Assembly: GCA_965201075.1 (NCBI GenBank)
Contig: CBDAVP010000010.1
Coordinates: 124,001-188,000, forward strand
Length of the DNA: 64,000 nucleotides
Direction: 5' to 3'
From: Isosphaeraceae bacterium
GTDB lineage: Bacteria > Planctomycetota > Planctomycetia > Isosphaerales > Isosphaeraceae
Part shown: in pieces, positions 20,241-30,052 of the stretch
How positions within the stretch are numbered: position 1 is the stretch's first letter
Layout of the letters: every line of letters begins with the position of its first letter
Notes under the pieces: model-generated
The model's database searches: none
The model's input: only the letters and a program-made list of their open reading frames with translations
What the model was told of the DNA's origin: nothing
Made by a program: the position numbers and the translations under genes

Positions 20241-20514
20241 CGCGTCGTGGCGGTTTCGATAGGGCCTAGTCATCCTGAGAGGGATGGCCGGGCCTGCTTG
20301 CCTTTCGAGACTCGCGAAACAACCGTGGGCCGGGGCTGCCGACGACGAAAGGGCGGTCGCGTCGTCGGCGCGTCGATTGACACTCGCATGGGAGGGGAGG
20401 TGACCGGGTAGGCCCGATCTGGGCTACGATTCTCAAGGAGATTGCGGAGAAGAGGTGGGTCAGCCGCGGCGGACTGGTCCGGTGCCCCATCGAACTGCTT
20501 CAAGGGTCGGCACC

Positions 20515-20904
20515 ATGAAATTCGCGGCGTTGATCGAATACACCCCGGACCGGACGAAGATCCGGGCCACCTGGTCGGCCCACCGCCAGCACCTCCGCGA
20601 CGTATTGGAGGGCGGCCGGTTGCTCGCCGCCGGGCCGTTCGGCAAGGACCTCGGTGCGCTGCAAGTCTATGAGGCTGAATCGGCGTCCGAGGTGGAGGGT
20701 TGGATCAGGGGCGACCCGTTCTGCGAGGCGGGAGTGATCGCGGGGTGGCAGGTCCGGCCGCTGGCCGATTGGTCAGCCAAGGCGGCGGGCCCCGGTAAGG
20801 CGGACGAGACGGAACCGGTCGCCGACATGGCCCGGATGGATGGCCTCGCAGGAATTTTGGATGGAGCCGCGGGACGACGCTCGGACGGTGGGGTGGCAAG
20901 TTGA
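20515..20904 (+). CDS. YciI-like protein
   Basis: AHRQHL...GRLLAAGPF...GALQVYEAES...GDPFCEAGV. Confidence 0.75.
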   Translation: MKFAALIEYTPDRTKIRATWSAHRQHLRDVLEGGRLLAAGPFGKDLGALQVYEAESASEVEGWIRGDPFCEAGVIAGWQVRPLADWSAKAAGPGKADETEPVADMARMDGLAGILDGAAGRRSDGGVAS

Positions 20905-22031
20905 CGCGGGGGGGCCTCGTCGGCGTCGGGCCGGATCCCCGCTGCGAGGCGTGCGTCGTGGTTCCCGCCCGGGACGAGATCCATGGGATCGGGCGGGCTC
21001 TGGAGGCTCTCGCCCGCCAGGTCGACGAGGATCTCGTGCCGCTCGACCGGAGGCGGTTCGAGGTGATCGTCCTGGCGAACAACTGCCGGGATGGCACGGC
21101 CGAAGAGGCCCGCCGTTTTGCGGCATCCCGGCCCGGCCTGGTCGTCCACGTGGCGGAAGTCGACCTCCCGAAGTCCCTCTCGCATGTCGGCACCGCCCGC
21201 CGGATGCTCATGGATGAGGCGGGACGGCGACTTGGCGGACTGGGGCGGGGTCGCGGCCTGATCTGTTCGACCGATGCGGATTCCCGGGTCGCACCGGGTT
21301 GGCTGGCGGCGACCTTGCGCGAGGTGCGGCGGGGGGCGGACGCGGTCGGCGGGATGATCCGGACGGACCGGGAGGGGCGGGCCTCGCTGGGGCGGTCGGC
21401 GAGGCGAGGTTACCTGCTCGACAGCCTCTACCACCGACTCTATGTCGAGTTGGAATGTTTCGTCGACCCCGACCCCGCCGACCCGTGGCCCCGCCACGAT
21501 CACCACGCCGGGGCGAGCCTGGCGGTCACAGTCGAGGCTTATCGGCGGGCCGGGGGCCTGCCGCCCCTGCCAACCCTGGAGGATGTCGCGTTCGTCGAGG
21601 CCCTGCGGCGCGTCGATGCCCGGATCCGCCACAGCCCGGACGTGCGGGTCACGACATCGGCGCGGCGGACCGGCCGGGTCACGGGGGGGCTGGCCGACGC
21701 GTTCCGTTCGTGGGCGGAGCGGGGCGAGCCGGCGCCTGTGGAGCACCCCGGGGTGAGCCTCGCCAAGTTCTCGGGCCGCGCCCGGCTCCGGGAACTATGG
21801 AGGGCCGACGACCCCTCGCGACGCCGGGGGCTGGCGGCCTGCGCGGAGGCGGTGGGCACGTCGCGGGCGGTCCTCGCGGACCTGCTGGACGGGGTGCCGA
21901 GTTTCGGAGTCCTGGTCGAGGACCTGAGCCGGCTGGAAGGGACAGACGCGGGGCGAGGCCCGGATGCGATCGGGGTAGGCGAGGCGATCCGGCTATTGCG
22001 CGAGATTCTCCGAGACCTGCGACGCCGCTGA
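20901..22031 (+). CDS. Glycosyltransferase family 2
   Basis: VVVPARDE, LANNCRDGT, STDADS (DxD), GASLAV...YRRAGG, EDVAF, VTTSAR. Confidence 0.85.
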   Translation: MTRGGLVGVGPDPRCEACVVVPARDEIHGIGRALEALARQVDEDLVPLDRRRFEVIVLANNCRDGTAEEARRFAASRPGLVVHVAEVDLPKSLSHVGTARRMLMDEAGRRLGGLGRGRGLICSTDADSRVAPGWLAATLREVRRGADAVGGMIRTDREGRASLGRSARRGYLLDSLYHRLYVELECFVDPDPADPWPRHDHHAGASLAVTVEAYRRAGGLPPLPTLEDVAFVEALRRVDARIRHSPDVRVTTSARRTGRVTGGLADAFRSWAERGEPAPVEHPGVSLAKFSGRARLRELWRADDPSRRRGLAACAEAVGTSRAVLADLLDGVPSFGVLVEDLSRLEGTDAGRGPDAIGVGEAIRLLREILRDLRRR

Positions 22032-22613
22032 ATCGGGGCGGCGAAACAGGTCGATACGATAGGACTTTTCTCGAACACCAGAGGCACGGGCGAGGCCTCG
22101 GGCTTCCGCCAGGCCCGACACGCCTTCATGAACTTCGTCCCCTGTCTGGAGATACCCGGGGACCATTGGGGTCCAGTGGACCAGCAGCAGTTCGCCACCG
22201 GGTGCGAGGCCGCCGATCACGGCTCCGAGAGTGGCGATCATCACCGGGCGCGACCAGTAGTAGGCCACCTCGGAGAGGGTGACCAGGTCGAACGGGCCGG
22301 GCGGGACGGCCCGGGTGAGGTCGGCGTGCTCGAAGCGGACGTGCGGGAGGTCGGCGCAGCGGCCGCGGGCCTGCTCCAACGCCAGCGGGGCGATGTCGAC
22401 GGCCAGGACCGAGGCGCATCGGCAGGCCAATGACCTCGTGAAGACCCCGATGGAGCAGCCGACTTCCAGGGCTCGGGTGTAGGCCGGGCGGGTCAGGGTC
22501 GCGAGCGTCCTGGCGTACTTCGCCGATTCATACGGGCTGGTGGCGAACTTCCACGGATCGGGGTCGTCGCGGTAGAGGCCGTCGAAGTACGACTGCGGCA
22601 GGCGATCGCCCAT
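21993..22613 (-). CDS. SAM-dependent methyltransferase, NodS-like
   Basis: YFDGLYRDDPDPWKF..SPYE..KY, LEVGCSIG, FDLVTLSEVAYY, LLVHW. Confidence 0.85.
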   Translation of the reverse strand: MGDRLPQSYFDGLYRDDPDPWKFATSPYESAKYARTLATLTRPAYTRALEVGCSIGVFTRSLACRCASVLAVDIAPLALEQARGRCADLPHVRFEHADLTRAVPPGPFDLVTLSEVAYYWSRPVMIATLGAVIGGLAPGGELLLVHWTPMVPGYLQTGDEVHEGVSGLAEARGLARASGVREKSYRIDLFRRPDSAASQVSENLAQ

Positions 22614-23350
22614 CAGGGAGCCTCCAGGAAGATCTCGAACGGGCGGACGAAATCGGCCAGGAACCAGGCCGGCACGACACATCCGGGGGGGACGTCGTCG
22701 ATCAGTCGCGTCGTTTGCGATTGGTGCTCGGCGATCGCCGCCCGCTTGCGGCGCAGGGCGGGGCCGATGTCGAGGCGGAAGGCGCGGGCTTCGCCGTGGC
22801 GGGGTCGGGCGGGCGGGTGGCCCAGGGCCCAGATCGGATATTCGAGCAAACGTGGGGACAGGTCGGCTGATTCCAGGGCCCGGCGTACCAGGACCCAGGT
22901 CGCGCGGTGGTCGGCGTGGGGCTCTCGTCGCCATGGGGCCAGGATCGTCTCGGGGCGGTCCCGTCGGATGGCGTGGGCGATCAGCGACGAGGCCCGGCAG
23001 AAATCCGGGTCGCCGGGCCCGGGCAGGGCGCCGTCGGGGAGTTCCAGGAAGGTGACCCCTTCGGGACCGGTGCCCAGCCTGCCCAGGGCGCGGAAGGCCT
23101 CAGCCCGTCGGAGGTCACGCAGCGCCGGCGGGGGGAACTTCCGAGAGCCGGGGTGGGACGCCGCGCCGTCGGTGACGACCACGACCGCGACCGAGATCGC
23201 CAGGTCGTTGAGCATGGCGATAGCCCCGCCGCAGCCCAGCGACTCGTCGTCGGGGTGGGGGGCCACCACGAGAGTACGCCCGAGCTGCCGGGCCGTGATC
23301 GGCTCCAGGCTCGGCGGCCGATCGAGGGGCGAGGGGTGGACGGGGGTCAT
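22613..23350 (-). CDS. PIG-L/LmbE family deacetylase
   Basis: VVAPHPDDESLGCGG, TDGAASH, HADH, HQSQ; coupled to both neighbours by stop/start overlaps. Confidence 0.88.
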   Translation of the reverse strand: MTPVHPSPLDRPPSLEPITARQLGRTLVVAPHPDDESLGCGGAIAMLNDLAISVAVVVVTDGAASHPGSRKFPPPALRDLRRAEAFRALGRLGTGPEGVTFLELPDGALPGPGDPDFCRASSLIAHAIRRDRPETILAPWRREPHADHRATWVLVRRALESADLSPRLLEYPIWALGHPPARPRHGEARAFRLDIGPALRRKRAAIAEHQSQTTRLIDDVPPGCVVPAWFLADFVRPFEIFLEAP

Positions 23351-24486
23351 GGCCCCGCTCCGGCCAGGGTCAACAGGGCGCGACGGCCGACGGCGGCGAG
23401 GGCGGCGTCGGGTCCGGGCTGGCGGAGGTACGTCGTCAGGTCGCGAACCAGCCGCTCCAGGGGGTGCGGCCGGATGAGGCCCCGCAGGCCCACCGACCGC
23501 GTGGCAAGCTGGAGGACGGACAGGCCCAGGGATTCGACCGCGATCCGGGCCATGTGGACGTGGTGGACGACCGCCTCGGGCGTGGCTCCCGACGAGTCGA
23601 CCCATGCGGCGGCGCCTCGGAGCCACAAATCGGCGGCCTCGACGGCGACGGCGATCTCGCCGATCCTGGCCAGTTGGGCGGGATCCTCGCCGCGGCCGAG
23701 GGCACGCAGGGCGTCGATCGCGGCGGCGGCGACCGCCTTGATCCCGCCAACCTGGACGGCGACGAAGCGGATGGCCCCGCCCGAAAAGCCCGGCTCGCGA
23801 AGGTAGTCGCCCGGCCCGCCGAGGACGTCTTCGGCAGAGACCTCGGCCCCGAGGAACTCGACGCGGTAGCTGGCGGATGCACCCATCCCCAGGGGCATCC
23901 AGGCGTCGGGGTCGACGCGGACGGTGACCCGCTCCATCGGGACGACGACCATCAGCCGGCCCCCCTCGGGCGTGGTGCCGGTCACCACCGGCCGCTCAAC
24001 GTGCCCCGCCCCGGAGGCATAATCCTTCGTCCCAATCAGTCGGCCGCCGCTCTGACCGACTGGCTCGAAGCGGGCCGGCGGCGAGCCGTCGGAGTTCCAG
24101 ACTCCGAAGAGGCGGTCGCCTCGGACGTCCGCCGCCATGCGGGCGATTTGCGAGGGCGAGCCGAACTGCTGGATCAGGAGCAAGGCGTTGACGTGCCCTT
24201 CGTAGAGGCGGCCCACCGACAAATCGCCTCGCCCCAGGGCCTCCAGCACCCGCAGCAACGGCCACGTCCCGCCCGCCCCCAAGCCCAGTCCCGCCCCTCC
24301 CAACTCGGGGGCGAGGGGGGCGGCGAGCAGGCCCGCCCCGGCGATCTCCCGGAACGCCCGACCGGGGAATACGTCGGACGCATCCCCCCGGCCGGCCGAG
24401 GCCACCAGGCGGGCGGCGATCGCCGATGCCGAGTCGATGAATGGCGAAAATCGACCGCGGGCTGGTGGCGGATCGTGATCGGGCAA
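23347..24486 (-). CDS. Acyl-CoA dehydrogenase-like flavoprotein
   Basis: LGRGDLSVGRLYEGHVNA, GTKDYASGAG, WMPLGMGASAS, LERLVRDLTTYLRQP. Confidence 0.82.
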   Translation of the reverse strand: MPDHDPPPARGRFSPFIDSASAIAARLVASAGRGDASDVFPGRAFREIAGAGLLAAPLAPELGGAGLGLGAGGTWPLLRVLEALGRGDLSVGRLYEGHVNALLLIQQFGSPSQIARMAADVRGDRLFGVWNSDGSPPARFEPVGQSGGRLIGTKDYASGAGHVERPVVTGTTPEGGRLMVVVPMERVTVRVDPDAWMPLGMGASASYRVEFLGAEVSAEDVLGGPGDYLREPGFSGGAIRFVAVQVGGIKAVAAAAIDALRALGRGEDPAQLARIGEIAVAVEAADLWLRGAAAWVDSSGATPEAVVHHVHMARIAVESLGLSVLQLATRSVGLRGLIRPHPLERLVRDLTTYLRQPGPDAALAAVGRRALLTLAGAGP

Positions 24487-24787
24487 GTGTCGGTCCCTTC
24501 AAGCCTTCAGCCGGGATGAGCCGATCCGGGCGTCGGTCGGCCGAGAGACCTTGAACGATCGCATGGGATTCGCCGCGGCCTGTTCCCCTTTTCTTACTCG
24601 GGGGTCAAGTTCTGGTCGGCAGGATCGGCGATACATCGCGAGGATCGGGAGGATGCGGGTGTCCCCCTGGACGATCGCCCCTTGGCAGATACAAGAATCT
24701 GCCTTGCCCGCCCGCCCATCTCAAGCGGTCGGAGGCGATGTTCCCAGGATCCGTGTCACAGAGTGTCGGGAGGGTGGTGCGGATCTC

Positions 24788-25891
24788 ATGGCGGATCGGA
24801 CAACCGAGAGCGGCCTCGATGAAGGGGCCCACGACGGACACCCGTCCGGATTAGGCCCGACCAGGGCGGGCCTCGGCGAGCCCGGGTCGCCTCGACGCAT
24901 CCTGGTCCTGCGGGCCCTGCGGTTGGGGGACCTCCTGTGCGCCGTGCCGGCGTTCCGGGCGTTGCGGGGGCGATACCCGGATGCGGAAATCGTGCTGCTG
25001 GGGCTCCCGTGGTCGTCGGCGTTCGTCGAGCGTTTCGGCGCCTACCTCGACGGGTTCCGTGAGTTCCCGGGGCTGCCCGGTCTGCCCGAGAGGGAGCCGG
25101 ATGCCGCGCGACTGTCGGCCTTTGTTCGGGCCATTCGGGCCGAGCGATTCGACCTGGTCATTCAATTGCACGGCACCGGGCCGATCGTCAATCCATTCCT
25201 GGCGGGGCTCGGGGCGACGAGGATCGCGGGGTTCTACCCGGCGCATGAGGCATGCCCGGGCTCCCCGGGACTGTTCATCCCCTGGCCGACCGAAGGTCTT
25301 GAGATCCGCAGGCTGCTCGCCCTGACGACCCACCTCGGCGCGACCACCCTGGGCGAACACCTGGAGTTCCCGGTCCTGGGCGAGGATCGCGAACGGCTGG
25401 CCACGGCGATGGCCGGCCGACTCCCCGGAGGGGCGGCCTACGCCTGCATCCACGCCGGGGCGAGCGTCCCGGAGCGGACCTGGCCCCTCGCTCGCTTCGC
25501 CGAGGTGGGCGAGGCCTTGATGGCCCGCGGCCTAAAAATCGTCCTCACGGGGACCGAGGCCGAGGCGGCCTCGACGGCACGCCTGGCGTCGAGCCTGGGC
25601 GCAAGCTGCCTGGACCTGGCCGGGCGGACCGACCTGGGCATGGCCGCGGCGTTGCTGGCCGACGCCCGGCTCCTGGTTTGCAACGATACCGGCGTCTCCC
25701 ACCTGGCGGCGGCGATGGGGACCCCCAGCGTGGTGGTCTCCACCGGGGACAACCCGTCGCGATGGTCGCCCATCGACCGGGCCCGGCATCGGGTCCTCTG
25801 CCGGGAGGGGGGCGTCGGGGCGGACGAGGTCTTGCGCGAGGCGGCGGACCTCCTGGCCGGTGTTGGGGCATTGGCGAGGGTGGGCGCATGA
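24788..25891 (+). CDS. Glycosyltransferase family 9 (heptosyltransferase-like)
   Basis: RILVLRALRLGDLL, IHAGAS..RTWP, DLAGRTDL, VCNDTGVSHLAAA. Confidence 0.88.
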   Translation: MADRTTESGLDEGAHDGHPSGLGPTRAGLGEPGSPRRILVLRALRLGDLLCAVPAFRALRGRYPDAEIVLLGLPWSSAFVERFGAYLDGFREFPGLPGLPEREPDAARLSAFVRAIRAERFDLVIQLHGTGPIVNPFLAGLGATRIAGFYPAHEACPGSPGLFIPWPTEGLEIRRLLALTTHLGATTLGEHLEFPVLGEDRERLATAMAGRLPGGAAYACIHAGASVPERTWPLARFAEVGEALMARGLKIVLTGTEAEAASTARLASSLGASCLDLAGRTDLGMAAALLADARLLVCNDTGVSHLAAAMGTPSVVVSTGDNPSRWSPIDRARHRVLCREGGVGADEVLREAADLLAGVGALARVGA

Positions 25892-26883
25892 GACCAACGC
25901 GGGTACTGACGTGGCACGTCCACGGGAACTACCTCCTCTACCTCTCGCAGGCCGACGCGGAGTTCTACCTCCCGGTCCGCGCCGACGGCCCCCCCGGGTA
26001 TGGCGGTCGGGGATCGACCTTCCCGTTCCCCGGCCGCGTCAAGGACGTCCCGGCCGAGGCGGTCCGCGACCTGCAATTCGACTGCGTCCTGTATCAGACC
26101 CGGGCGAACTTCGAGGTCGACGGGCCGGCGATCCTCTCCGAGGCGCAACGACGCCTGCCCAGGATCTACCTGGAGCACGACCCGCCCTGGCAGGAGCCGA
26201 CGGACACCCTGCACTGGTCCGACGACCCCGGCGGCCTGCTGGTCCACGTCACGCCATTCAACGCGTTGATGTGGGACGCCGGCCGGACGCCCAGCCGCGT
26301 CATCGAGCACGGGGTCTTCCTGCCGGGAGAGCCCTGCTATTCCGGCGAGATCGACCGCGGGATCGTCGTCGTCAATCACCTGGCCCGTCGGGGGCGGAAG
26401 CTCGGGGCGGACCTGTTCGAGATGCTGAGGCGAGACGTCCCCCTGGACCTGGTGGGAATGGACGCCGAGTCGCTGGGCGGCCTCGGCGAGGTCGCCCCCC
26501 CGGAACTGGCCGCGACCCTCGCCCGGTACCGCTTCTTCTTCCACCCGGCCCGCTACACGAGCCTGGGCCTTGCGGTGATCGAGGCGATGATGGTGGGACT
26601 GCCGGTAGTGGGGCTCGCCACGACGGAGCTGGTCACCGTGATCCGCGACGGGGCGTCTGGCTTCCTGGCGACCGACCCCTCGCGCCTGGTCGGTCCGATG
26701 CGCGACCTCCTGGCCGACCGCGGCCTGGCGGGCAGGCTCGGCGAGGAGGCACGGCGGGTCGCCCGCGACCGGTTCGACATCCGTCGCTTCGCCCGCGACT
26801 GGGACACGACCTTCGCAACGGTCGCCGGCCGGTCGGGCTCGGAGCGGCCGTGGCCGATCCAGGCTGTGACCTCGGCGGATTGA
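25888..26883 (+). CDS. Glycosyltransferase (GT4/GT-B type)
   Basis: VLTWHVHGNYL, FHPARYTSLGLAVIEAMMVGLPVV, FDIRRFARDW. Confidence 0.85.
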   Translation: MRPTRVLTWHVHGNYLLYLSQADAEFYLPVRADGPPGYGGRGSTFPFPGRVKDVPAEAVRDLQFDCVLYQTRANFEVDGPAILSEAQRRLPRIYLEHDPPWQEPTDTLHWSDDPGGLLVHVTPFNALMWDAGRTPSRVIEHGVFLPGEPCYSGEIDRGIVVVNHLARRGRKLGADLFEMLRRDVPLDLVGMDAESLGGLGEVAPPELAATLARYRFFFHPARYTSLGLAVIEAMMVGLPVVGLATTELVTVIRDGASGFLATDPSRLVGPMRDLLADRGLAGRLGEEARRVARDRFDIRRFARDWDTTFATVAGRSGSERPWPIQAVTSAD

Positions 26884-26890
26884 GGCCATC

Positions 26891-28174
26891 ATGCGACCGC
26901 TCCGCATTGCAATGATCAGCGAGCACGCCTCCCCCCTGGCGACACCGGGCGGAATCGACGCGGGCGGCCAGAACGTGTACGTCGCCCACCTGGCGACCGA
27001 ACTGGGCCGCCGCGGCCACCGGGTTGACGTCTTCACCAGGCGGGACGACCCGCGGTCGCCCGAGGTCGTAGCCACCGGGGGGGGCGTCAGGGTAATCCAC
27101 GTCGCGGCGGGTCCCCCGGCGTCGGTCCCCAAGGAGCACCTCCTACCGTTCATGGGAGAGTTCGCCCGGTCGTTGGTCCGGGCCACCCGCGTGCGCCGTT
27201 ACGACATCCTCCATGCCAACTTCTTCCTGTCGGCCTTGGTCGCGGCCGACGTGAAGCGTGAGCTGGGGGTCCCATTCGTGGTGTCGTTCCACGCCCTAGG
27301 GCTCGTCAGGCGGATTCACCAGGGCGCCGACGATGGATTCCCGGCCGCTCGGATCGCGATCGAACTCCGGGCGGTGGCCGAGGCGGACCGGATCGTCGCG
27401 TCCTGCCCCCAGGAGGAGGACGACCTGCTGAGGCTCTACGAAGCCGACCCGGGGACGATCGCCACCGTCCCCTGCGGCTACGACCCCTCGGAGTTCAGCC
27501 CGATGGACCGGGCCGTCGCGCGGGAGCAACTGGGCCTCGGCGGGGACGGGCCACTCCTGCTTCAATTGGGGAGGCTCGTGCCACGCAAGGGGGTCGACGA
27601 CGCCATCCGGGCCATGGCCCGGCTGCGGGACCGACACGCCATTGGGGCCCGGCTCCTGATTGTCGGGGGCGGCTCGCGAGACCCCGAGTCTTGCGTCACC
27701 CCGGAAGTGGTGCGACTGAGGCAGGTCGCCTCGGCCGAGGGGGTCGCTGACCGCGTCACGTTGGTGGGCAGCCGGGGTCGCGACGAGCTTCGCGCCTACT
27801 ACGCCGCGGCCGACGTGTTCGTGACCACGCCGCATTACGAGCCGTTCGGCATCACCCCCATCGAGGCGATGGCCTGCGGGCGGCCGGTGATCGGCTCGGC
27901 CGTCGGCGGGATCCGGTCCACGGTCCTGGACGGGGAGACCGGCTACCTCGTCCCGCCCCGGGACCCGGCGGCGATCGCGGACCGGGCGGCCCGCCTCCTG
28001 CGAGACCCGGAAGCCGCGCGGCGGATGGGCCTGCGGGCCATCCGGCATGTCGCATCGCGCTACACGTGGCGACATGTAGCCCAGGCCGTCGAAGGAGTCT
28101 ACCAATCGGTGATCTCCGAGGCCCTGCCCGGGCGACGGGCGACAACCGGCCTCATCGGCGGGGGCCGGGGATGA
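26891..28174 (+). CDS. Glycosyltransferase family 4 (MshA/sucrose-phosphate-synthase-like)
   Basis: ISEHASP...DAGGQNVYV, GRLVPRKG, YEPFGITPIEAMACGRPV. Confidence 0.9.
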   Translation: MRPLRIAMISEHASPLATPGGIDAGGQNVYVAHLATELGRRGHRVDVFTRRDDPRSPEVVATGGGVRVIHVAAGPPASVPKEHLLPFMGEFARSLVRATRVRRYDILHANFFLSALVAADVKRELGVPFVVSFHALGLVRRIHQGADDGFPAARIAIELRAVAEADRIVASCPQEEDDLLRLYEADPGTIATVPCGYDPSEFSPMDRAVAREQLGLGGDGPLLLQLGRLVPRKGVDDAIRAMARLRDRHAIGARLLIVGGGSRDPESCVTPEVVRLRQVASAEGVADRVTLVGSRGRDELRAYYAAADVFVTTPHYEPFGITPIEAMACGRPVIGSAVGGIRSTVLDGETGYLVPPRDPAAIADRAARLLRDPEAARRMGLRAIRHVASRYTWRHVAQAVEGVYQSVISEALPGRRATTGLIGGGRG

Positions 28175-28752
28175 GCCGGCCGGCGGTCTTCCTCGACAAG
28201 GACGGGACGTTGGTGGTCGACGTGCCGTATAACGTGGACCCGTCCGCCATCCGCCTGATGCCCGGGGCGGCCGAGGCGCTGCGGGGGCTGGCTGGGGCCG
28301 GGTTTGCCCTCGTCGTGATCAGCAACCAGTCGGGGGTGGCGCGAGGCCGGTTCCCCGAGGCAGCCCTGGACGGCGTGGAGGCGGAGATCCGCTCGATGCT
28401 GGGGCGGTCTGGCGTCACCCTTGACGGGTTCTATTACTGCCCGCATCACCCCGCCGGGGTCGTCGCCGAGTACGCAGTCGAGTGCGAGTGCCGCAAGCCG
28501 AGGCCCGGGATGATCATGAGGGCCACGCGGGACCTGGGGCTGGACCCGGCCCGGTCGTGGATGGTGGGGGACATCCTCGACGACGTCGAGGCCGGGAGCC
28601 ACGCGGGTTGCCGCACGGTGCTCGTCGACAACGGGGGTGAGACCCTGTGGGTCGGCGGGCCCGGCCGGACGCCGGATTTCGTCGCGGGGACGCTGGCGGA
28701 GGCCGCGGAACGCATCCTGAGCGGGCGGCCGGGCCGGGCCGGGGTGCCGTGA
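28171..28752 (+). CDS. gmhB: D,D-heptose 1,7-bisphosphate phosphatase-like HAD-IIIA hydrolase
   Basis: FLDKDGTL, ISNQSG, YYCPHH, CECRKPRPGM, MVGD. Confidence 0.85.
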   Translation: MSRPAVFLDKDGTLVVDVPYNVDPSAIRLMPGAAEALRGLAGAGFALVVISNQSGVARGRFPEAALDGVEAEIRSMLGRSGVTLDGFYYCPHHPAGVVAEYAVECECRKPRPGMIMRATRDLGLDPARSWMVGDILDDVEAGSHAGCRTVLVDNGGETLWVGGPGRTPDFVAGTLAEAAERILSGRPGRAGVP

Positions 28753-29852
28753 TGACGCCAACGCTGCTCGACCCGGGACCTTGGGCCGAGGCCTCGAGGA
28801 TCCTGGCCGTCCGCCTCGATGCCATGGGGGACGTCCTCATGACCTCGCCGGCCCTTCGGGCGTTGAAAGGATCCCGACCGGGGCGGCACCTGACCCTGCT
28901 GACCTCTCCCTCGGGGGCCGGGGCGGCGAAGCTCCTGCCGGAGGTCGACGAGACGATCGTGCAGGAAGTCCCCTGGATGAAAGGGTCGCCAGCCCGGGGC
29001 CCGTGGGAGGACCTGGCGGCCCTGGATCGGCTCAGGGCGGGACGGTTCGACGGGGCGGCGATCTTCACGGTCTACAGCCAGAACCCACTGCCGGCGGCCC
29101 TGTTCTGCCACCTGGCGGGCATCCCCCTGCGGCTCGCCCACTGCCGAGAGAATCCGTACCAACTGCTCTCGCACTGGGTCCCCGACCCGGACCCCGGCGA
29201 CGGCCCGGTGCGCGAGGTCCGGCACGAGGTACGCAGGCAGTTGGACCTCGTGGCCGCGATCGGAGCCCGAGCCGACGACGAGCGGTTGGCCGTCCGGATC
29301 CCCGAGGATGCGGCCGACCGTGCCTCAGCCCGCTTGAAAGCGGCGGGGATCGACGCGGACCGGGCCTGGATCGCGGTCCACCCCGGTTGCACCGCGCCGT
29401 CGCGGACCTACCCGGCGGAAGGGTTTGCCGACGCCGCCGGGAGGCTCGCCCGGGACCACGGGGTGCAGGTCGCCTTCACGGGCTCGGAGGCGGAGGCGCC
29501 CCGGATCCAGTCCATCCGGGCGGGGATGGGGGCGCCGTCGGCGACGCTCGCGGGACGGCTCGACCTGGGAGAACTGGCGGCGATCCTGAGGAGAGCGGCC
29601 CTGCTGATCGCCAACAATACCGGACCCGTCCATCTGGCCGCCGCGGTGGGGACGCCGGTGGTCGACCTGTACGCCGGCACGAACTACCAGCACATGCCCT
29701 GGGGCATCCCGCACCGCGTGCTGACTCAGGATGTTCCCTGCGCCCCCTGTTACAAAAGCACGTGCCTTTACCCTCACCACGACTGCTTACGACGAATCTC
29801 CCCCAAAGCGATCGTCGAGGCCGCCCTAGAACTCCTCGGCCTCGAACGGTGA
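28752..29852 (+). CDS. Glycosyltransferase family 9 (heptosyltransferase II-like)
   Basis: RILAVRLDAMGDVLM, VHPG, IANNTGPVHLAAAVGTP, C-terminal CxxC..C..C. Confidence 0.88.
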   Translation: MTPTLLDPGPWAEASRILAVRLDAMGDVLMTSPALRALKGSRPGRHLTLLTSPSGAGAAKLLPEVDETIVQEVPWMKGSPARGPWEDLAALDRLRAGRFDGAAIFTVYSQNPLPAALFCHLAGIPLRLAHCRENPYQLLSHWVPDPDPGDGPVREVRHEVRRQLDLVAAIGARADDERLAVRIPEDAADRASARLKAAGIDADRAWIAVHPGCTAPSRTYPAEGFADAAGRLARDHGVQVAFTGSEAEAPRIQSIRAGMGAPSATLAGRLDLGELAAILRRAALLIANNTGPVHLAAAVGTPVVDLYAGTNYQHMPWGIPHRVLTQDVPCAPCYKSTCLYPHHDCLRRISPKAIVEAALELLGLER

Positions 29853-30052
29853 AGACAGCTCCGGGGAGCGTGAAGTCGGGCCGATCGCGACTCGACGTTC
29901 GCGGCATCCTGAGCCCCTCGTCCCCGGCGTGGCGGTCGTCGCACGGATGGACATGTCGGAGGCTCTGTTCGAAGCCGCCGCGGCGAATGGCTTGGTCAGG
30001 GTGGCGGGGCCGGTCCACGCGGCGTGTGTTGGGCGACAGGTCGGCCCCCCGG

